This document shows, piece after piece, positions 1 through 5,364 of a DNA stretch of 28,521 bases (positions are counted from its first letter, which is position 1; every line of letters begins with the position of its first letter). The notes beneath the pieces are model-generated. The model was not told the DNA's origin. It was given only the letters and a program-made list of their open reading frames with translations, and did no database searches. The stretch spans positions 1 to 28,521 of IMG/VR virus record IMGVR_UViG_3300010052_000008; one strand, 5' to 3'. This stretch comes from a virus (Duplodnaviria; Caudoviricetes). The position numbers were made by a program, and so were the translations under genes.

Positions 1-32
1 TGACTGGAGTTCAGACGTGTGCTCTTCCGATC
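1..32 (+). other. Illumina TruSeq adapter / read-2 primer remnant (assembly artefact)
   Basis: TGACTGGAGTTCAGACGTGTGCTCTTCCGATC matches the TruSeq adapter GTGACTGGAGTTCAGACGTGTGCTCTTCCGATC(T) and lies at the contig end. Confidence 0.97.
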
Positions 33-363
33 CCGGCCGGCCGGCCGCGATGGCGGCACGGATATGGCGCGCCATGGCGTCGCGCCGCGCGGTCGTCGCC
101 GAATGCGGCCAGGCGGTGCTGAGCTGTTCGGCCGGGATCAGGTATCGGTAGCCGCCATGGCTGTTCCGCTCGATCACCAGCACGCCGGCGGCCGCCATGG
201 CGATGAGCGGCTTCCGGCTGGGACGGTCGGCGTCGGACAGGCCGGCCTCACGAATGATGGCGAAGCCGTCCTTCACCGCCTCGCCGGCCAATGCCGCGCG
301 GCGGATGACGCCGAGGATGCTGTCCCAGGTCCGCTGGCGGCGTGCGGCCGCTGCGGGCGTCAT
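33..363 (-). CDS. Hypothetical phage protein, possible winged-helix (3'-truncated by adapter/contig end)
   Basis: My translation from ATG 363 (ATGA overlap with the stop of 360..689): MTPAAAARRQRTWDSILGVIRRAALAGEAVKDGFAIIREAGLSDADRPSRKPLIAMAAAGVLVIERNSHGGYRYLIP...; open to the edge. Absent from the ORF track because it has no stop. Confidence 0.65.
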
Positions 364-689
364 GCCGCCCTCGCTTCGGCCGCCGGCCGCAGCTTCGCCA
401 GCAGCGCCTCGCCATCCTCGGTGGTGACCAGGTGGATGCGCCGGAAGTCGCGCTTGTTTCGGACACGCCGCACCAGGCCGAGCTTCTGCAGCTTGGTCGC
501 GGCGCGGCTGACAGCCGAGCCGGCGATCTCCATCGCCGAGGCAATGGCGTGGATCTCTCGCAGCGCCTCCGGCGGGCAGGACGCCATGGCCAGCACGCCG
601 ACCTGGCGGCAGCTCAGGTCGTGCCGGAACACCGAGGCCTCCCGCATGCCGCGGACGATGTCGGCCGGCCAGGTGGTCGAATCGGTCAC
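360..689 (-). CDS. MarR-family winged-helix DNA-binding protein
   Basis: LSCRQVGVL...IASAMEIAGSAVSRAATKLQKLGLVRRVRNKRDFRRIHLVTTEDG fits the MarR wHTH pattern (SAVSR..L...GLV.R.....D.R...L..T..G). Confidence 0.82.
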   Translation of the reverse strand: MTDSTTWPADIVRGMREASVFRHDLSCRQVGVLAMASCPPEALREIHAIASAMEIAGSAVSRAATKLQKLGLVRRVRNKRDFRRIHLVTTEDGEALLAKLRPAAEARAA

Positions 690-1204
690 GAGGCGGCCCT
701 CGCATTGCCGAACAGCGCGGCCGCGCGCTGCGTGTGCTCACGCGACGGCGCGCTCGGCATCCGCGCGGCCAGGTCGAGCGCCTGTTCGCCGCGCCGGTTC
801 AGCGCGTCCCGGACGCGCTCGTCGTGGCCGGCGATCTCGATCGCGTCCTGGAAGAGGCCCTTCGCCAGCGCGATCAGCGCCGGGCGGAGCTCCTCCGCCG
901 TCTCGGTCGCCGGTTCCGGCGGCTGGGTGGGCGGCGGCAGCAGCGCGAGCAGCGCGTCCGCTTCGTGCTTCCAGACCGTGATGGTCGGCCGGCCATTGCA
1001 GATCTGCTCACGCAGGCGACGCAGATCTGCACTGACCGGGCGCGGCGGGGCAGGCACCTTCGCGGCCATCAGCGCCGCGGCCACGGCTTCCGTCGCCAGG
1101 ATGGCGCATGTGCCGCCGGCGATCGCCGAGAGCTGCGCGCGGTGGAATTCCGTGAAGGCGGGCACGACCTCGGCGGTCGGCATCATGCCATCGGGCATGC
1201 TCAT
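686..1204 (-). CDS. Hypothetical phage protein (172 aa)
   Basis: GGAGAG Shine-Dalgarno directly upstream; stop overlaps the next start; lies in the leftward operon. Confidence 0.7.
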   Translation of the reverse strand: MSMPDGMMPTAEVVPAFTEFHRAQLSAIAGGTCAILATEAVAAALMAAKVPAPPRPVSADLRRLREQICNGRPTITVWKHEADALLALLPPPTQPPEPATETAEELRPALIALAKGLFQDAIEIAGHDERVRDALNRRGEQALDLAARMPSAPSREHTQRAAALFGNARAAS

Positions 1205-1240
1205 CTCTCCGTTCCGAAAGGGGTTGCCGGGCGGCCGCGG

Positions 1241-1420
1241 TCAGCGGTTCCAGGTGACGAGCGCGAGCAGCAGCAGCGCGACGCCGAAGTAGGTCACGCC
1301 TCGCGCGTTCCGCAGCGCGACCGCGGCGCGCCCGCGCTCCTCCGTGCAGAGGAGGTCGAGGACCAGCACGCAGCCGATCGCCACGGAGAAGACGCCGATG
1401 CCGAGGATGTAGGCGCTCAC
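1241..1420 (-). CDS. Small two-TM membrane protein (59 aa)
   Basis: GTG at 1420 overlaps the stop of 1417..1665 (GTGA); MSAYILGIGVFSVAIGCVLVLDLL...GVTYFGVALLLLALVTWNR has two hydrophobic segments. Confidence 0.68.
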   Translation of the reverse strand: MSAYILGIGVFSVAIGCVLVLDLLCTEERGRAAVALRNARGVTYFGVALLLLALVTWNR

Positions 1421-1665
1421 GAGAGGCCTCCGTGCCTGGGTCTGCCGCGCAGGCGGCGCGGCGCGCGATAGGCCTTGTTCGCGAAGAGCGGATCGTGGAA
1501 GCAGTCGCCGCCGGAGCGCGCCCATGTGTCCCAGGCGGCCACGAGCTCGGCAGGCAGAACGGGTGGCGCACCTTCGATGCGGATGGCGGCCGCAGCGTGC
1601 GGGAAGCCGTAGCTGTCGAGCACGAAGGCGAGGCCGGCGCGCAGGCCGATGGAGGTCTGCGACAT
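1417..1665 (-). CDS. Hypothetical phage protein (82 aa)
   Basis: Fits the leftward operon with a 10-nt gap and a coupled stop; protein-like composition. Confidence 0.65.
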   Translation of the reverse strand: MSQTSIGLRAGLAFVLDSYGFPHAAAAIRIEGAPPVLPAELVAAWDTWARSGGDCFHDPLFANKAYRAPRRLRGRPRHGGLS

Positions 1666-1675
1666 CGCGTCAGCA

Positions 1676-1921
1676 CTACGCCTTCACGTCGAGCGCGCGG
1701 TCCTTCGCGGCGTCGACGCGCTCGATGAAAGTGAGGAGGGAGGCCAGGACCTCGGCCGGATCGGCGCCGGCGGCCAGAGCGTCACTGGCGGTACCGGCGA
1801 AACCCGCAATGCGGCCAAACGCGTAGGCGTAGACCTCACGCGACGTGAACTCGCGGAAGCAATCGTCGAGCTTTTCGGGCTCCGGCACTCGCGGTGCCGG
1901 CGTGATGGCATCAGCGTCCAT
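1676..1921 (-). CDS. Hypothetical phage protein (81 aa)
   Basis: TGATG coupling with 1921..2208; helical, protein-like sequence. Confidence 0.7.
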   Translation of the reverse strand: MDADAITPAPRVPEPEKLDDCFREFTSREVYAYAFGRIAGFAGTASDALAAGADPAEVLASLLTFIERVDAAKDRALDVKA

Positions 1922-2208
1922 CAGCCGGCGCTCCCGAGCTGCGCCTCAGCTTCCGCGATCAGCTTGCCGTAGGTGCGCAGGTTGCGCTCGCAGCCCGCGA
2001 GGAGGGCGGCGCTGTCGATCTCGATGAGCAAGCCATCGTCCAGGGGCGGCAGACCCACGAAGCGCGGCGTGACGACGCAGTAGGCCGCCTCATTGCCGGC
2101 CGTCAGGCGGTCCGCGATCGTCGTGATCGCGTCGCGGCGGCGCTGGTAGGAGGCGAGGTCAGCGGCGGTGTAGCGGCGACCTTCCTCGAAGGATGCGTGA
2201 TCGGCCAT
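1921..2208 (-). CDS. Hypothetical protein, first gene of the PL operon (95 aa)
   Basis: GGAG Shine-Dalgarno 8 nt upstream; directly downstream of the PL-like promoter and operators. Confidence 0.75.
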   Translation of the reverse strand: MADHASFEEGRRYTAADLASYQRRRDAITTIADRLTAGNEAAYCVVTPRFVGLPPLDDGLLIEIDSAALLAGCERNLRTYGKLIAEAEAQLGSAG

Positions 2209-2234
2209 TGGGGCGCTCCGGATGGAACGCCACC

Positions 2235-2286
2235 ATCATCACCGGAATGGTGAATTCGTCAACCTAAAAAATCACCATAATGGTTA
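2235..2286 (-). promoter_or_regulatory. PL/OL: leftward promoter with two repressor operators
   Basis: Operators TCACC-ggaat-GGTGA (2239-2253) and TCACC-ataat-GGTTA (2272-2286). Minus-strand -35 TTGACG (2262-2257) and -10-like GATGAT (2240-2235) flank the first operator. Locally AT-rich. Confidence 0.8.
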
Positions 2287-2313
2287 ATTTAGTTAGGGGC
2301 GGAATTTGCCCCG

Positions 2314-3015
2314 TCAGCCACCCAGGCTGCGGCTCAACCATACGACGCGGCCCAGGATCGAGACGTCATCTTCTCTCACACCCGCAGATGCAGGATAGGC
2401 GGGATTGTCACTCGTCAGCGTGAGCGTCTTGGATGCCCAATCGCGCGATATTCGCTTCACCTGGACGTCTACGCCTGCTGCGAGCACGTACAGGCCATCG
2501 CGTCCCACTGCTCGAACTGATCGGTCGACGAGAATGAAATCGCCATTCTGAAGGGTGCTTGCCATGCTGTCACCACTGACGCGAACGATGGCCAAATCTC
2601 GGACTTTGGCTCTCGTCACACTTCGCACCGCATCAAGCCCAAACAGGTGCCAAGCCTCGGGCTCCGGCCTGTCAGCGTTGATCGCGCCAGGTCCCGCCGA
2701 CACATTCACGTCGAAGACCGGCAGGGCAACGTAGGCCGCACCTTGAAATTCTATGCCATCATCGGGACCGGCACCCTTTGTGAATGTGAGCACGGGAGCA
2801 TCAGGAGCACGGCCGAGCTCCGTTCCTTCAAACTCCAAGAGTTCGCTTGGTCGAACAGCTAGAGCCTTGGCGACTCGGCGCATCCAATCCGGGCTCAGCT
2901 TCCGCTCACCCTTCTCAAGACGACTTATCTGCTGCGGGCTGGTGCCGGCGCGCTCGGCGACCGTCTCTAGCGTGAGGTTCGCCGCCTCCCGCAGCTCGCG
3001 GATCCTGTTTTGCAT
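2314..3015 (-). CDS. cI: CI-like repressor (HTH_3 + S24 peptidase)
   Basis: MQNRIRELREAANLTLETVAERAGTSPQQISRLEKGER is an XRE HTH. VSAG is the Ala-Gly cleavage site, VSGDSM carries the catalytic Ser and VKRI the catalytic Lys. Start moved from 3114 to 3015 because the longer ORF runs through the operators. Confidence 0.95.
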   Translation of the reverse strand: MQNRIRELREAANLTLETVAERAGTSPQQISRLEKGERKLSPDWMRRVAKALAVRPSELLEFEGTELGRAPDAPVLTFTKGAGPDDGIEFQGAAYVALPVFDVNVSAGPGAINADRPEPEAWHLFGLDAVRSVTRAKVRDLAIVRVSGDSMASTLQNGDFILVDRSVRAVGRDGLYVLAAGVDVQVKRISRDWASKTLTLTSDNPAYPASAGVREDDVSILGRVVWLSRSLGG

Positions 3016-3025
3016 CGGGACAGAC

Positions 3026-3102
3026 TCACCAAAAAGGTGAGGCTCGCCAGCACCAAACTGGTGAAATTGGGCTTGACCGGTTATCGCCGGATTGGTGATA
3101 TT
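3026..3102. promoter_or_regulatory. OR region: three operators and PR
   Basis: TCACC-aaaaa-GGTGA (3026-3040), GCACC-aaact-GGTGA (3050-3064), TCGCC-ggatt-GGTGA (3084-3098). PR -35 TTGACC (3073-3078) and -10 GATATT (3097-3102). Confidence 0.85.
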
Positions 3103-3112
3103 CGTCCTCGCC

Positions 3113-3412
3113 ATGATCCTGCGTGACTTCCTTTCCGAATACGAGGGTGGTGCGGCCGCATTCGCGGCTGCAATCGGGGTGACCGCCCAAGCGGTATACC
3201 GCTACGCATCGGGAGAGCGGATCCCGCGCAGGGCGGTGATGCTCGTCATCGCCGAGAAGTCGGACGGCAAGGTGAGGCCGACTGACTTCTATGCGGCGCC
3301 AACTGGTGTTCACGCTGACGCCGTCGAGGCCGCCAACGAAAACGCCCGCCGCCGAGGTGATGCAAACACAATGGCCCCGGTCAGGCACGAGCGTGTGCCG
3401 GAGGCGGCGTGA
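3113..3412 (+). CDS. cro: Cro-like HTH repressor
   Basis: MILRDFLSEYEGGAAAFAAAIGVTAQAVYRYASGERIPRRAVMLVIAEKSDGKVRPTDFY is a Cro/YdaS-type pattern; divergent from cI. Confidence 0.9.
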   Translation: MILRDFLSEYEGGAAAFAAAIGVTAQAVYRYASGERIPRRAVMLVIAEKSDGKVRPTDFYAAPTGVHADAVEAANENARRRGDANTMAPVRHERVPEAA

Positions 3413-3417
3413 TGGCG

Positions 3418-4101
3418 TCACCGGCTCGCTCCGATGCTCACCAGCCTGCGAAAGCGCGACCGGACGCTGCAGTATCCGTCCTGGGGGATGAAATACAGCA
3501 GGTCCGCCTGGACGGTGACGATATCCGCCCGTGCAGCATCGAGCAGGCCTGCGAAGGCCTGCGAGCCGCGGATCATCCGCGTGTCGTCCGGGTCGAAACT
3601 GAGCAGGCCCGTGCCCGCCGTCGCCAGCACGACGCCTGCGCCGATGGCGACAGTGGCCGAGCCCCGATCGTTGGAAACCGCGCGGTCGATGATCACGCCC
3701 GCCCACTGCCCCCCGGTCTGAGCGAGGGTCTGCACAAGAGGAGCGGCCTCATCCTGCTCGATCCGCAACTGCTCATCGCGTGTCCCGGCGGCCTGCCAGC
3801 GCAGGCACATAGCGTTCATCGCGCGAAGGGCCGTCTGCCGCTGCGGCGGCAAGCCGCGAATGTCGGCATCGTTGACCGGCTGGAGCGGGGGATCGAACCG
3901 CAATGGAGGGCGCAGAACGGGAGCTTGGCTGACAGCTGGGGCGGTGACGGTCGTCTGCGTCGTCCTCGCACCGCGCGACGGCCTTTCCGGGATGTCTCCG
4001 GTGATCGCAGCCAGCCCGATCCCCAGGGCAATCAGCCCCCCGAGCGATACGAAAATCGCCAGGAAGGCACGCCTGATCCACTTCAGCACGATCGCGCCCA
4101 T
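3418..4101 (-). CDS. Membrane-anchored extracytoplasmic protein (moron, 227 aa)
   Basis: MGAIVLKWIRRAFLAIFVSLGGLIALGIGLAAITG gives a basic N-terminus plus one TM helix, followed by a P/T-rich linker and an alpha/beta domain with two Cys. Opposite strand to its neighbours, with its own promoter. Confidence 0.75.
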   Translation of the reverse strand: MGAIVLKWIRRAFLAIFVSLGGLIALGIGLAAITGDIPERPSRGARTTQTTVTAPAVSQAPVLRPPLRFDPPLQPVNDADIRGLPPQRQTALRAMNAMCLRWQAAGTRDEQLRIEQDEAAPLVQTLAQTGGQWAGVIIDRAVSNDRGSATVAIGAGVVLATAGTGLLSFDPDDTRMIRGSQAFAGLLDAARADIVTVQADLLYFIPQDGYCSVRSRFRRLVSIGASR

Positions 4102-4119
4102 ATCCGCCTGCTCGGCGCT

Positions 4120-4148
4120 ATCATGCCGCATCCGGAAGTATCTCTCAA
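4120..4148 (-). promoter_or_regulatory. Sigma70-like promoter for the moron
   Basis: Minus strand TTGAGA-N17-CATGAT, ending 18 nt before ATG 4101. Confidence 0.6.
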
Positions 4149-4277
4149 TCAATGCGCGCGCGGACGGATCGGGGTTCCCGCCCCGGCCGCCCGCCGCGTC
4201 ACGTCTCTGCTGTCTTCCCTCCGGCGATCCGTTGGTGAACCCCGTCACTGCCATGCCGGGATCATGGAGGAGCTGGG

Positions 4278-4673
4278 ATGTCGCTGACTACGGCACCGTT
4301 TTCCGAAAATCCGGACACCACTGTCCGAGTCATCGCTCGCGAATGGATCGCAGAGCTCGGGCCGAAGCGCGGCCGCCACCGCATCGCCGAGCTGCTCGGC
4401 GTGACGGAGCGGTGGGTACGCGGCCTGCTCTACGGCGAGCCCGCGCGGATCGATGCGCAGGTCTTCCTGCGCGCCATGGATGCGCGGCGCCTGCTGCGTG
4501 CTGAACGCCGCGCGCGGCTGCAGCGCGAGCTCGCCGAAATCGAAGGGGACCTGGATGCGGTTGACGATCTCCGCGGCGACGGCGCTGGCCTGCCGCCTGG
4601 CCAAGGGCATGTGGCTGCTCTGCTGGAAGGGCGGCGCGGTGGTCTCGGGCTGGGCCGCCGACCGGTGGACTGA
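4278..4673 (+). CDS. HTH protein in the cII position
   Basis: GGAGGAG Shine-Dalgarno; HRIAELLGVTERWVRGLLYGE is an HTH, followed by a coiled coil (LRAERRARLQRELAEIE). Confidence 0.75.
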   Translation: MSLTTAPFSENPDTTVRVIAREWIAELGPKRGRHRIAELLGVTERWVRGLLYGEPARIDAQVFLRAMDARRLLRAERRARLQRELAEIEGDLDAVDDLRGDGAGLPPGQGHVAALLEGRRGGLGLGRRPVD

Positions 4674-4728
4674 CGCCGAGGATTTCTGCCTGCGCCGCAT
4701 CAGCCGCATCACCGGGAGGGCGCGCTGA
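4555..4728 (+). CDS. Small hypothetical protein overlapping the tail of the previous gene
   Basis: GAAGGGGA upstream of ATG 4555; MRLTISAATALACRLAKGMWLLCWKGG...; its stop is coupled (TGATG) to 4728. Confidence 0.5.
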   Translation: MRLTISAATALACRLAKGMWLLCWKGGAVVSGWAADRWTDAEDFCLRRISRITGRAR

Positions 4729-5015
4729 TGGGCAGGAACGAAGCCGGTCACGAGCCGCCGCGCGCACGGGACGACACCGAGGTCGGTGGCATCGCAGCCG
4801 ATCGCCTGCGGTCCCTCGTCGAACGCATCGAGCGCATGGAGGAGGAGCGCAAGGCCCTCGCCGGCGACATCAAGGACATCTTCACCGAGGCGAAGTCTGC
4901 CGGCTTCGACGTGAAGGTGCTGCGCCAGATCATCGCTATCCGCAAGCGAGAGCCTGCGGAGGTCGAGGAGCAGGAGACGCTGCTCGACCTCTACCGCCGC
5001 GCGCTCGGCATGTGA
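4728..5015 (+). CDS. gapR: GapR/DUF2312 (UPF0335) nucleoid-associated protein homologue
   Basis: IAADRLRSLVERIERMEEERKALAGDIKDIFTEAKSAGFDVKVLRQIIAIRK...EQETLLDLYRRALGM is the DUF2312 signature. Confidence 0.93.
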   Translation: MGRNEAGHEPPRARDDTEVGGIAADRLRSLVERIERMEEERKALAGDIKDIFTEAKSAGFDVKVLRQIIAIRKREPAEVEEQETLLDLYRRALGM

Positions 5016-5085
5016 CGGCGATGCGCCCGTTCCCCTGCGGCCCCGCCTCAGATGGCCGCTTCACCCTGACCAAAAGGCAATTCCC

Positions 5086-5328
5086 ATGACGTTCCTTGGG
5101 CGTACGCTGCGCGACCGCATCACCGGCTTCTCCGGCGTCTGCACCGGCTACTGCCAGTATCTCAGCGGCTGTCACCAGGTGCTTCTGGTGCCGCCGCTCG
5201 GCGCCGACGGCGCCCTGCGATCGGCCGAGTGGTTCGACATCCAGCGCTGCGAGGACACCGGTGCGGACGTCGTCACGCTCGACAATGGCGCAACGCCCGG
5301 TCCCGACCGATCCGCGCCGAAGCGCTGA
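5086..5328 (+). CDS. Conserved small phage protein (80 aa)
   Basis: AAGG upstream; LG..LRDRITGFSGVCTGYCQYLSGCHQVL...EWFD is a pattern I recognise from phage hypothetical proteins. Confidence 0.78.
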   Translation: MTFLGRTLRDRITGFSGVCTGYCQYLSGCHQVLLVPPLGADGALRSAEWFDIQRCEDTGADVVTLDNGATPGPDRSAPKR

Positions 5329-5364
5329 CCCGCACGCCTCATCCACCCCAGCCGGAGCCTGACG

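Noticed and set aside
19-981. 320-aa plus-strand ORF and overlapping 342..1292
   Set aside because: The first starts inside the adapter; both are antisense to coupled minus-strand genes and have low-complexity Arg/Ala/Ser composition.
3016-3114. N-terminal extensions of cI (start 3114) and cro (start 3092)
   Set aside because: They would overlap each other and the operator/promoter region; the HTH domains begin at 3015 and 3113.
3296-3309. Possible sixth operator inside cro (GCGCC-aact-GGTGT)
   Set aside because: The spacer is 4 nt rather than 5 and there are several mismatches.
3409-4287. 292-aa plus-strand ORF overlapping the cro stop (GTGA)
   Set aside because: It is in exact codon register with the minus-strand membrane protein, a typical shadow ORF. 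The minus-strand gene has a promoter and a TM segment, and this ORF has no motifs.
5037-5062. Terminator after the gapR homologue (GCGGCC/GGCCGC)
   Set aside because: A 6-bp stem with an 11-nt loop and no real U-tract; not distinguishable from chance at this GC content.
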